A stretch of DNA of 64,000 nt from Vicugna vicugna (Eukaryota): contig MU058221.1 in NCBI GenBank assembly GCA_013265495.1, positions 5,812,066 through 5,876,065 of the forward strand, in the 5' to 3' direction. Each line of letters begins with the position of its first letter. Positions within the stretch are counted from its first letter, which is position 1. Both the position numbers and the translations under genes were made by a program. The notes beneath the pieces were generated by a model. It was not told the DNA's origin. It did no database searches and was given only the letters and a program-made list of their open reading frames with translations. This document shows, piece after piece, positions 14,059 to 26,592 of the stretch.

Positions 14059-15680
14059 AAAAATCAATGCTACCATTTCCTTCAGTTTGTCACGTTTAAC
14101 AGATTATCTTCACTTTATGTTGTGCTAAGCTTCATTCTGAATTCCTTACTGATGTTGTCTTACAACTTACTTTAGACTGTAATGTGTTTAACCTTGATAT
14201 TTTTGTGCATTTTTTACTTAGTATTTTTAGTATACTTACAAGTTACAGTATTTAAAATGTATTACTTAGTTCACTGATTTTTAAAAAATAAATTCTGAAC
14301 ATCTTTCAATAGAATAGTGGTATTTAACGCTGGCTTTTGGCATTATCTGAAAAAGAAATCAAAATATCAGAACTATCATTTGTTCTGGTATTTCCATCAC
14401 CACCAGGCTGAGGGAAAGATCTTTCAGTTGGACCCTATTTGGGAATGATGGAATATGACCAAATGCAATTGTCTTTGGTAAACAAAAGACAGAAATAAGA
14501 ACGATTTCCTTTTCATAAGAACATTAACACTTAGGCTATCTTGGACATTTCAACAAAAGGCATCAAATATGATCAAGGTTCTCTCGTGAAGGTGAGAGAG
14601 GAAGCTTTGCGGGTAAATGAGGAGACTAATGTGAGTCAGGAGACACAGGAACCTCCCTTCTTTTCCCCAGCTTTCAGGGAGTCCTCCCACCACAGATTTC
14701 AGCCTACGTTACGAGTGAGCCAGACAAGGACAGTGAGGAGAACTGAAGCAAACGTGGGTCTGGAGGAGAAGCACAGGAGAACCTGAGGGGTAGCAGTGGT
14801 GGAGGAGGGTTTTCTACAGCGAATGAGTTTCCCACTGTGACCACATGTAAGGGACATGGTAAGTCAGCTGTATCCACCTATATTAGAAAGGACTTAACAT
14901 TGCGGGGTTTTTACGCACGTATCATATGCTCCCTCCCCATTACTAAACAGAACATGCTGTACAGGCTCATCTTTTATTACTTATTGAATGGATAATTAAA
15001 TGAACAAAAGAATTTGTTAATAATGTGGAGGCACTTGAAATTGAAATAAAACACATGTCAAAGAAGAAACAATGGAATAATGAAGCAAGAAATAACGTGA
15101 CAGACTAAATACTGGAGACGATGACAAAAAGAAAAACAAAAATGTCAAAAATATCTGCAAGAATTATTGTCTGAGAAAATGGGGATAAAACAGTACAGGA
15201 AAAAAAAAAGGTAGAACGGGCACACAGTTTATCTAAAAAGAAGATAAATATGAATCTGAACACTGGGCTTAGGGACCAGGGTATAGAGGGGCACCCATAT
15301 GGCAGATGGAAATGAGTGTCACAATGCAAACTAGAGGTCCAAGAAGTATGGAAGAAGATTAAAGTCAGCACAAAGGTGTCATCTAGAGCCATAAATGTAC
15401 TGAATTCTCTTTGGGAAATAAAGTGGAAACAAAAAGATTGAAACATACTCTAAAGAGTCACCCCCATTAGAAAGAACACAGAAGAACAGACAAAAAGAGA
15501 TCTCAGAAAGGAAGTACCTGCCAATTACCAAAAACTAGTAATCAAGTACTCATGTAAGTAACTGTGTGCTAAACGTTATAATTAACTTTTAGTTTAAACA
15601 GGCTTGTAATACCACTGTCCTTATTACATTAAAAAATTCTGATCAGAACTCAAATTATAAGAATGGCCTAATCACCTTAC

Positions 15681-15796
15681 CTGGGGTCACTGGAACAGTT
15701 AAACGTGCCTGTACGTATTCCAAATCTTGACACCTTTTTCACCATTTTCTCCCAGTGGATTTTACCCACCAAAGGACTTCTGTCATTTGCTATGAC
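15681..15796 (-). CDS. RNF103: RNF103 coding exon 3 (VIANDRSPLVGKIHWEKMVKKVSRFGIRTGTFNCSSDPR)
   Basis: Acceptor tttttgggggaatag|GTCATA, donor CCCAG|gtaagg. 116 nt, ends in phase 2. Confidence 0.95.
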
Positions 15797-18700
15797 CTAT
15801 TCCCCCAAAAAGAAAAACAGAAACTTTAATCACCTAAAATGGAGTCAAACCAACCATTTATATCTATAACTTCACTGTTTTTGAAAAACATACTCTGTTC
15901 CCAGTTCTTGTTTACTATTTCATCATGTTATCACTGCAGTTCTTCCAGGAGGAGCAACCGTCCAACTGGAAAAGATTTAAAACACGGAATACAGTACATT
16001 AAACTCTCACACTCTGTGGCAGTTACATAGAGGGGGAGTCAAAACCGTATTAAAAACACTCGCCACATTCTTCACCGTGTGGCCCGTCCTCCAGGGTTAA
16101 CTTACGCAGGAAGAGAACGGCCCTTGGGGTCATTTCTCTGCTCTAAAAAGAAATTTTTAAATAACTCAAATAAAGCTTACTAAAAATTACCACATGTGGG
16201 TTCAACAAGTTCAAATTTCAGTTTTTTAAAAGTATAATTATGGAGCCAAGAGTCAAACACATGTTTTCTATTAAACTATGCTTTGACTAAATCAACACTA
16301 ATATTTCTATGACTTTTTTCTTAACAATCACAAAAGGTACTAACATAAAAAATTACTGTAATAAATTCTGCATTCCTGAACTTCTGCTTCAAATGTTCAA
16401 ACAGCTTTCAAATACAATTAGGATTGCGAGAAGAAAAATTTTTTTTTTAAAAACAAAAGAAAGAAAAAGGAAAAAAACTGTAGATTAACCTTCAAAATAT
16501 ACAATGACTTCTTTCTCAGCCTAATTGTTAATACCTTTCCTTTTACTACCTAAACTTCCTGCTTTCAATGAAGGCAGAATTTCAATAGAGGTATCAGTAA
16601 AAATAAATAAAAATTATATATTAAAAACAAAGGCAAACAAAAATAACTAAATGGAAACTTAATGGAAAGCCAAAAATGTCCTATGTCTTCATGAAACCAT
16701 CTGTTTAATTTATTTTAAGCCTGGAGTATATAGGCCAAGTTTATTTTCATGAATGCTATGTTACTGATACTACTTAATTCAAAATTACAACCCAGCACTC
16801 TGGGGGCCTCTAATCTTTCTAGGAGGAAGGGCCATGTTCACATTCACAAAGCTCCAGGAAGTGAAATCCCAGGGGAGCGAGTGTGTGAAATGAGTGCTGG
16901 GGGAGGCAAGAGATGCTGCAAATGTCTCATCTCTGGCCTCTCGGCTGGGAAGTCTAACTGGTTTCAAGGGCAGCAGGAGGAGACAATGAGCACAGTGGTG
17001 ACAAGTTAAAGTTCACATTATGTGCCAGTGGGTCACTGTCTAATAACCCCAGTCGTATACCCTTGATACTATCACCCTCATACCTATAGAGACATACACA
17101 CAGATATGGAACATTTTGTAACATAACTTTGGTGCTGAATAAATATACACACAAATACACAATTTAGGGCATTGAACAAATTATTTTGATAGTACTTTCA
17201 AGCGAAAATAAATGGTCTTATTGAGGGAGACGCAAGTTAGTATTAAAACGCTCAGATGGCTGGGGTAACCAGGAGGAGGGCCGTGGAGGACGTGGTCTCA
17301 GTAGGTGAAACTGCTTTCTGCGGAGGGTCACACAGGCTACACTGCCCAGGAAGTTCCTAGCTGCCAACACTTTCCCGTGGTCTGAAAGTCCTTTACGAAT
17401 TTTATCTGAAGAATAAGGGAGAACAAGCAAGGCAGGCTCCTCTCTTCTCATCTCTTCTTCTCTCTTTTCTTTTTCCACCACTGAAGCGTCAATATGGTAG
17501 TTCTTTTTTTCCATCAAGTAACCAAAGAAATCTTGAACTGACTTTTCAGATTACTCAAGATTAGGAAATCTCTGTAAAATCATATGGCCATACTCCCTGG
17601 TCTTTGCTCCCCTCCCCCCCCCCCCCCCCTTTTTTTTTTTTATAAAAGAACTCCCCTTTCACTCCTATCTGCTGATCAGGGCTACAAATACCCAAATACT
17701 TCAGGTCTGTGTTTACAATGACACTGTGTCAAGGGGTTAATCAAGAGGTTGCTTTACTCAATATAAGGTTTGGCCCTCAGCCTAGCGGCATCTTTCAGTG
17801 AAGATCTTGATCACTGCAGACTTTCCTTCAGACTTACAAGAGCCCCAATGCTAGGGAAGGAAGTAGGAACGAGAGGGGGTTGTTCCCAGGCACCCCTGGT
17901 CACTGCACAGACAACAAAAGTGTGTGAAGAGAGGTGGGAATATCCCTGAGGCAGGCCCGTGACAATGTTTAACCCCAGGGCCTTATTGATTCAGCAAGCT
18001 ATTCCAACATCTGCTCTTGAGGAGTTTAATAATCCCTGACTAAGAACCATACAAAAATGACAAATCCATTAGGCACTGCATGAAAGCATTTTATTTGACT
18101 CTATAGTTATATTCACATGATTAGAAATTGCTTTGTCCAACGTCCTATATAGTGGTATTATTCAACTGAAAGTTTAGCTTAAATTAAACTTGGTGGAGGC
18201 CAAATTAAACAACCACTAAAAATGTTTTCATGAAAGAACTCGTCTGGCTTGCCACATGGCACAACAAAACACACTAAGCCTATTACTACTGTACCACATC
18301 AGTAAGAGTTTCCAAGTTATAGCTCATATCCAAAAGCACGCACAGTGATTCTGAACGGCACTCATACTGCTGGTAAAAGGGGAAACATATTTCTCAGCAG
18401 TTCAGGAAGAATGTTGCATTCTCTGTGGGGAAAATTTTCAGGGACGAGAAAAAAAACCTGATGAAAGTACAGCCTAAGTTCCAAGTCTAAAACAGACCTG
18501 GCAACACAGGCTAGAAGTGAAGCAATCTTTCCATCCTCCTTCCCAGGGTATCTGCTTCTCCAAACAGCATCCCTGCACCTGCTCGCCATCGTCATTTCCT
18601 GCGGCTAGGATGGTGCCTAACTCATTTGGGCACCCATTAAATATACATGTTGAATTAAACTACTTCAGCTTTTTACAGTTTAGAAACCCATTCTTTTACT

Positions 18701-19221
18701 TCTGTTTATAAAGGTTCTCTAAAGCCTCCAAGTTTCTGATTTCTGTTATAATAGAAGTCCCTTCCTCAGCAACCTGTTATCTGGGATGTTTTCTGGACAA
18801 ACTGTAGCATAACTGGTACCTTGCCATGCAACTGCACATCAGTGTTCTTGACCCCAGTCACAGGTAATGACTTCTAGTTCAGTGTATTTAAAAATACACT
18901 TTTTTAAAAAAACAAAAACAAAAACAAAACCCCAAACTACCAGGGTTTTCCTAGTACTCATTTTCCTAGGTTCCACTTCACTGTCTCACAGTTCTTTAGG
19001 ATCCCTCAAGATGCTAGCCCATCACAGACCATCTGGGAAAGATAATCATAAGCCAAGATTTTTACTGGTCCACACATTTTAGTAAACCCAACTGTATCCT
19101 GTTTTATGGCACAGACTGTGGGCTATTTGTCTTCTTTGCCCTCAGTGCTTATCACAAGGTTCAGCTGGCACACACTAGATTTCAGTAAGTATTTGTTAGA
19201 TGGTTGGATGAATGGATGAAC

Positions 19222-19437
19222 CTGGTGGCTTGCTAGTAAACGTTTAACCAGCAGCTCTCCAGAAGAAACCGGAAGCTCTAATTTCTATCATTTGCTGATT
19301 TCCTTGGTGTAACTACTCCCACATGGCTGATTTCAAGTTACCAACGTGGCATCGCTGCACATGGAGTTGGGAAGAGCTGGGATTGCTGACAGTCTGCCCT
19401 TCATGAGGCAGTGGGAGCCGGCTCCAGCACACCGCTG
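19222..19437 (+). mobile_element. MER63-like hAT MITE
   Basis: gctagtaaacgtttaaccagcagctctcc...gagccggctccagcacaccgctg termini. Confidence 0.65.
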
Positions 19438-21529
19438 GACGGAACTGAGCTGAACAGTGTGAGATGTCACCTTCCCACACTTCCTGATGGCAATCTTGTA
19501 CACTTACAAATTAAAACCAGCCTCAGGTTACTGCCTAGTTCCTTCCACATGTATTACAGGTGTTACACTGGTCAAAGAAAAAACCCACACACTTTTGCCC
19601 ACTTCTTAGAAGTGGGTTTTACTAATACTCAGGACATTTGTCACATTCCTCTCAGTACTGTTAGTTCCCATACAACAACGTGGAGGCTAGATTAAATAAC
19701 GTAACTCCATATGAAAGGAGTGTGGAGCCATGTTATTTTCTGCATCTTTCAATATTTCATTATAATGGAGTTTCTACTTTGAAAATCATGGGTCAACCTA
19801 AATATATACATGCAAACTGTATAAAATTATTAAAAGCGAAGATGAATGACTGACAAAAACAATACTCAATGGCATTTAATTATTTCTCTGGTAACCTCAC
19901 TAGTTTTCTTTATGAGTAAACATAAATAAAAGCCTTTCATCTCTACAAAATGAAGGATAAGGTAGCTTGCCACGTAGTTCATCTTTAGAGTAGTGCCAAG
20001 AGAGGAATAAGTAAGTTAGAACCTCCCTGAACCTAACTACTGTCTAGGAGTAAAAATAAACAAGTTTTAAAACAGCTAGGAACACTTTTCAGCCAAACAA
20101 GAACAATATTAACATAATACTTTAGTAAATATTGACCTAAAGCTTTACTTTAAATCACACAGTGCTTTTCACTGCTACCTCTGCCCCAGTGATGCTGAAT
20201 TTCTTATGATATGACAACAGCAGAGAACAGATACCACAGCCTCTCTCTGAAGTTCTTTGAACAGAAGTCAAAACAGAGAAATAGAAATGTTAAGAATAAA
20301 TCCATAAGATCCATAACAGATGCTAACTTTTCCATTTCAGAAGTCGATCCACTATTCCATCTGCCTCTCTGACCAAGAACCTTTTGAAAGAAAAGTAACT
20401 TCTATATGCGATGCTAAAAAGACTGCTTGGCAGCAGAATCAAAGAACCTACAAAACTGGAAACAAACAGCTAATGAAAGATATGAGGTCAGGCTAAGAAC
20501 AAAGTAGGAAAACTTCGAATGTTAGAAAGAATTGATAGAAAAAAGATGACTTGGTTTTTCCATGGATTACATAGTATATTATTGGTAAAGATGTCCCATA
20601 TTGTTGCTGCCTTTGAAACTAAAATTAGTTCTTTCCACCTCTTGTTACAAAGAACATAGGAGAGACATGGAAAAGCTTCACGTGTAAAGGAGTATGCTAA
20701 AACTCTGCTTTACCATAAGGATAATTTACGACCACTAATCCATCTTAAAACAATTAAGAGAAAGATATGAATACTATTCACATGTATTGTACAGAAAATA
20801 AACTTACGAGTTACTGAGAAGATAGGAATCATAAGGGATGTAGGATGAATTAAATAAATTATAGAAACTCATTTTTCCTTTTGGAGTGTCATTCCACATA
20901 CAGTGTTGCCAAAAAGGATAATCAACCTAGATTATCAGCTCATTCCAGGACAATAATGAACTGACCAAGTGATGGAATAGCTAAGTCATATACCCATGTA
21001 TTACAGTCACATTTTCCCTAAATCTAGACATTCTTTCAATGACATAACATATGAAGGCTAAAGTGCTAATTATCAGTTATATGCTACCTAACTACATTTT
21101 TTTCCTCAAGAAATACAAAAGGAGAGTATAATTCGAGTAAGAAAATGATACTAGAAAACTGGGAGGAAAAGAAGAAAGGACTCTGATGTCCTTAAACACC
21201 CCTTACACGGGATACCCCAAATGAAGGCAAAGTGAAGAGGATTAAATCGGGATCTCCGCACCCTCACAGAGGAAAGAAAGCAAGCAAGAATAATAGAGCA
21301 ATCTGAAATTACTCAGCTTCTTTTAAAACAAGTAGAAAAGAATGATGTTTCAAATTATTAAAAACTGAATTCTTGAATGCTGTCCTTTACAAGAGATAGA
21401 TAATCAAATCTGAGCTGAAAAAGAAGGACAAGCTTATGAGAGAGTATCTCTTCTGTCTTAAGAAGTCATTTTCAACTTGAAAACAAAACAAAACAAAACA
21501 ACACAGCGCTCTTTTAAGAGCTTAAACCG

Positions 21530-21745
21530 AAGTGTCTGTGCTGATTAGCTTAGCTGGCGAGTTCACAGTGCTGAGGACAGGGTTTTGATCTCGGTATGCT
21601 CAGTTGTCCCGCCAGGGGTTGCTCTTCCAACCCAAGCCAGCCATATGACAGCTGTAAGCCACTGGCCCAAGGGAACACGAGCTAGGCAGTGGTCATCAGC
21701 GCAAACCTTGAAGGTCACTGAAAAAACTGTGTGTCCGACTGAACA
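21530..21745 (+). mobile_element. MamSINE1-like ancient tRNA-derived SINE
   Basis: tctgtgctgattagcttagctgg (A box), ggttttgatc (B box-like), body ...aacccaagccagcc...atcagcgcaaa...ctgaaaaaac. Confidence 0.65.
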
Positions 21746-23775
21746 TGAACACACTGAAAACCATACAGTAAATACGTTTCATTTTTCTTAGAAGTCATTT
21801 TCAACTATTAATACCTATGAAGTTCAAAAAATTATTTTCAGAGTAAAATAATTCAGTGACTATAATGCTAACATTCACTGCGATCCATCACGTGTTCTTC
21901 ACTTTGTTCACGTGTCACCTTATCAGAGAATTTCTTGCCACTCTCTTGTCTCCTTAACCCTCTTATTTTGTTCCTGTCTGAGAGCAAGGACTTAGCCTGG
22001 TGTAGGTTCCTGGTGTATCTCCAGGGTCTGGCATACAATTAACTGCTGAATAAATTATCTGAATTCTGTCTCATATTAAGGGAGTTTAATCCATGCTTAT
22101 CTTTAATAGGACATAAAAAATAGTAGATCATTTATAAGCCAAGAATATATGCTAATAGTGAACCAGAACGTGTCTGTTATCCGTAGGCAGCACTCTAAAT
22201 ACCAAAAGAAGTGCCAGACTTTTGACATGGCTTTTCCCATTTTGGAAGGTATTCAGTATCTTTACCATTCTTCTCTATGGGACCGTTCAATGTGTGGACA
22301 AACATTTAGACACTGGACATAGGGCAGTGGGACAGCCAGTTCAATGTCACTAATACTACTAAAATTATCAAAACCAATAAGCCTTCCTCGATCTGACTAT
22401 CAGAAAGAAACATCTGGGAAAAGAAATGGAACAACTATTTATAAATTAAGGCTTTAAAGATGCTACCGTTTATTTTTCAATACCAATAATTTAACACAGA
22501 AATAAACTAGACTTTGAAGCATAATGTAGAGACAGTACCCATTCCCTCTTCCCAGTTTCTACATTTGCTGGACTTAAAAACTGCTGAATTAGATTATCTG
22601 GAGAGTAACACACAACACACCAGGGAGACTACAAGTAAAGGGAAGGTCATGGATATCCAACACAATCACCTGAAGAAGTCCTGAAGGGCAACCCATCAGC
22701 CCAGTGCACTACAGTACTATTCTCTCTCCTTTAGTGTATTTGTATTTATTTGAGGCCCTTGCAACAGAAAATCTGTCTATCCACAATCATACTGCAGATC
22801 AGTGGCAGGGCCAGATCTGCAACCAAGGTCTTTGGACTCATAGCTTTTCCTACCCTATTTTGCAGTCATTGTTCTCAGAAAGAAATCTGAAGCAGCAGCT
22901 ACTTTTAATTATGTCCTGAACCAAACTTTGCCAACCCCAGTGTGAAATGACAAGAACACTGGACGAGAAATCAGGGAACCTAGGATTTGATCCTGGTTCA
23001 ATAATCATAATTTTAGCTGAATTCATGTTGTTAATTTATTTAATACGCTATTTTAAGTGAACTTAAATTTTGGAAAATTTAAATAACTTTAGCCTTGCCC
23101 TAAGAAATATTTATGAACTTACATGTTCAATACAATATTGATTTTTCTAATTTACATAAAAATACACAAATGACAACATGTACCAACTCACTTGCCATAA
23201 AAAAATGATTTTAAAGCTCTTCATAGCTCTAAAATTCTAATACGAGAATTACATCTCCCAGTTTTGATAGCCAAAGAACTAGGATTTAAAATTAAAATCT
23301 CATCAATTTAACAAGCAAAGTACTAAGCACTCCCTACCATTCCCCACAAAGCTGGCTATTTCCCTAACAGAAAGATTCCTTTACTCTTACTTTAAGGTTC
23401 TCTTTTTAGAAACAAAATTATTTGGGATTACTGAATTAAAAAGTGGAGTTAATAAAAACTGAGAGAAACAACACAAAGCACTAAATAAAAGGAATATATA
23501 TGTTTCTTACTCTCATGAAGACACAACAATCAAAATGGATTTGCTTCTGCCGATTCTAACCAAAACAGTCAACCCTTTTTCCCCAACGCCTCCCCTTCCC
23601 AACCCTTTAATTTCTGTTCTCCTTGGTCTGCAAAATCTCTTTAAGGGGACTCTAGAGCCTCTCCGTGAGAACTGAGTTATGTCTAAGACACATGACACAA
23701 GTACACAGATGTGTCACCACCTGGTGACTACTATTTTAGTCAAAATAATTTCATTTCTGTCACTGTTTCTAATAC

Positions 23776-23915
23776 CTGAACCAGCCAGATGCCATCTTTT
23801 GTGTCTTCCACAAGCTCATAGAAGTGCATTTCACCACTGAAATTGGTACTGGAGACAGATTCCGATGCTTCTTCTTCTTTGAGTGCAGAATAGAGCTCAC
23901 CTTCCATCAGGTCAC
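23776..23915 (-). CDS. RNF103: RNF103 coding exon 2 (GDLMEGELYSALKEEEASESVSSTNFSGEMHFYELVEDTKDGIWLVQ)
   Basis: Acceptor ttttcttttcttcag|GTGAC, donor GTTCAG|gtatta. 140 nt, ends in phase 0. Translation matches RNF103. Confidence 0.96.
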
Positions 23916-25626
23916 CTGAAGAAAAGAAAAAAATAACACGAGTAAGATTTCAAAAATCTCACATCCCCAACTTCAATGATTTGTATGCTGTTAAAAAATT
24001 ATGTCATTGTACTTTCACTGCACTCCACAGAGCAGAAGAGCAGAACCTGAATACACTTATTTAAGATTCATACATTTAGTGAATATGTAAGAACCTATTA
24101 TGAGGCAGGCAAAAATGAAGAAAACAGACAAAAATCCATCTCCTCACAGAGCTTATGTTCTAGTGGGGTCATCACATAATTTATCAGGAAATTACTAAAT
24201 TTATGCCAGCCCCAAAAGCCATCATAATATTATTTAGTTTTGTGCAGGCATCAAATAATTTTTAAACAATATGAGTTATATACTTCTGACTTACAAGATT
24301 TAGAAATGGGTTTACACAATTTGCCATCTCCACCTGTTTAAAACAGCAAGAGGGTTTATATGACTTGGAGATTAGACACAAAAGATTACCTATGAGAACA
24401 AACTCCATACTCACACACAAATTTATACTGTAAATTTACAGCTTGTATCATCAAATGAAAGAAAAACAATAATGTCAAATTATTTTAACTTCTGCCTTAA
24501 ATGTTAACAATGAGAAAACAAATACTGTATCATGCAGCAAAACCATTCATAACAAATGTTTAAATTATAAAGTTAAATTGCTATACCAAGACTTCTCTGC
24601 TATAAAATGTGTGATCTGAGTTGTATTTCTGTGGGCTGAGTGTATTCCTTAAATATTACGTGCACTCCTTGTGACTCAAAGTTACAAGTATTTTTAGGCC
24701 CAAAGGAAGGCAACACTAAATAAAAGTCAAAAGAAAAAAATGTGTCATCGAATTATTTTACCATAAAAAATGATTTGGCTTGGGCAGTTAAGACATTTTT
24801 CATTCCTAAACTTAGAGAGGTTTACTTACAAGAGATCTTCTACTTCATTTCCTCCACCCCACACCCCAGCCATGGTCAGAAATAAAAGTCACCATAAACC
24901 AGTCAGTAAACAAGTGGCAAGAATGGCACACAACTGCATGTTTTCTCTAAAGAAAAATATATCACTTTTACAGAGTGTGTTCCCTCCTCTGCCCCAATAG
25001 TGATCTTAACCTTAACCAGCAAATACGTGAGTACTGAAGTCCTCTGGAGTTATTACTCTTGTCTATCATATTACATGGCTATAGGATACTAAATAAGGAA
25101 AAAAACTGCCTTGTAAGAGACACAGCTGACAGATATACTTGAAACAACAAAAAAGATAACTATCAGTTTCAATTGCTTCCTACAGCAACCCAGAATGCCC
25201 TTCTCAAATTACAGTGTATTCCCCTTCCAGGAAGTATATCAAAAACAAAGATACACTTTGTCTGGGGTGAAAAAAAATTAAGCATATTTCTCACCCAATC
25301 CTACCCCCAAACCAACAGTTCTTGAAAATACATTCTTTAAGATGTTAAATATTTCTGAGCACTATTTTAATTCTATTTCTCAACCCATTTAAGTTGACGC
25401 AGCAGTGCCTTGACACAGAAGGGAAAAAAGTTTACATCCAAGATACACGGAATTTTTAAAAATCCTAACAGAAATATAAACTCTTTCAAAACAAACAAAA
25501 ACAAACAAGGTAGGCATTCACAAAAAACAGCCACCTAATTTTCACCAAATTTAAAGTAGGAAAAGCTAATACTGTACAGTGTACACTTTCTCTATGTTTA
25601 AACTCATTATTTAAAATTTAAATCTT

Positions 25627-25802
25627 AGAAAAAAATTTTTTGCTATTTAATTTTGTATTTATCTGAGATGGATGTTCACTAAACTTACTGTGATAATCAT
25701 TTGATGATGTGTATGAATCAAATCATTATGCTGTACACCTTAAACTTACAGTGCTGTACGTCAATTACATCTCAATAAAACTGGAAGAAAAAATAAGTAA
25801 AA
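25627..25802 (+). mobile_element. L1 3' tip with 15-bp TSD TAAAATTTAAATCTT (25612-25626 / 25803-25817)
   Basis: gagatggatgttcactaaacttactgtgataatc...ctcaataaaactgg followed by an A tail. Confidence 0.8.
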
Positions 25803-26145
25803 TAAAATTTAAATCTTCAGCCTAAATGCTGCTTTGATATTAAGTACTCCGATGATGTTTTTCCCTCCGGGTAACTTGCTATTACTATGGTGACAAACGC
25901 TGCTATCTGCTATCTACAGACGTCTGAGGGTTTTTCTTTTCTTCTACCTTTAAAACATCAACTGACAAATAATGCTTTCCTGTTTATTTGTAACTGGTTC
26001 ACACCTCCGAATTTTGAGAAAAATCACTCAACTTGGTAAACAAAGCTGAGAACTATTATTTTAAAATAACCTTAAAAAGACACACCAACACCCCTACCAA
26101 TTCCAGACCCGTCTCAAAAAATTGGGATTTTTTTGAGAAATTTTA

Positions 26146-26176
26146 CATATATATATATATATAATGTAAATATATA

Positions 26177-26212
<36 letters not shown>
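26146..26212. repeat. Compound (TA)n/(TG)n microsatellite in RNF103 intron 1
   Basis: Seen directly. Confidence 0.9.
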
Positions 26213-26366
26213 CAGAAAATCTGGACAGAGAAAAGCTGAGCAGCTCTCGAAGTAGTCTGCTCAATCCTTCCAGGTCTGGCCTCATTCTGGGAGACCACCA
26301 GGTACAAAGAAGTACGGGTCGTCCCTTCCCCTGAGTGGAGGGAACCCTCAGAGAGCCGATACTCGC

Positions 26367-26592
26367 CTGACTTTTCCACCAGTTCCCGGACATCCTTCTT
26401 CTCCGGCAACCCCGAGTATCCCAGCCCCCGGCACTCCAGAATGGTCTTCAGCTTCTTGAAGCTCAGTGCCACCGGATCCACCAGCTGGGTGGCAAAGATG
26501 CCAGTTTCATACCACACAATGGCCTCAAAAAACCTGGCCAGGACGAACAGGACCAGAAAATAGAGGAGCAAGAAGAAAAGCTTCAGCCACAT
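26367..26592 (-). CDS. RNF103: RNF103 coding exon 1 (MWLKLFFLLLYFLVLFVLARFFEAIVWYETG...ELVEKS, phase 1), N-terminal hydrophobic segment
   Basis: Translation matches the recognised RNF103 N-terminus. ATG at 26592. 226 nt ending TCAG|gcgagt joins exon 2 in frame to give ...VEKSGDLMEGEL... Confidence 0.96.

Noticed and set aside
17218..17517. 99-aa minus-strand ORF in intron 2
   Set aside because: No recognisable homology or convincing splice sites; partly low-complexity
26143..26366. Continuation of the exon-1 ORF to 149 aa
   Set aside because: Read-through into intron 1 and a TA microsatellite
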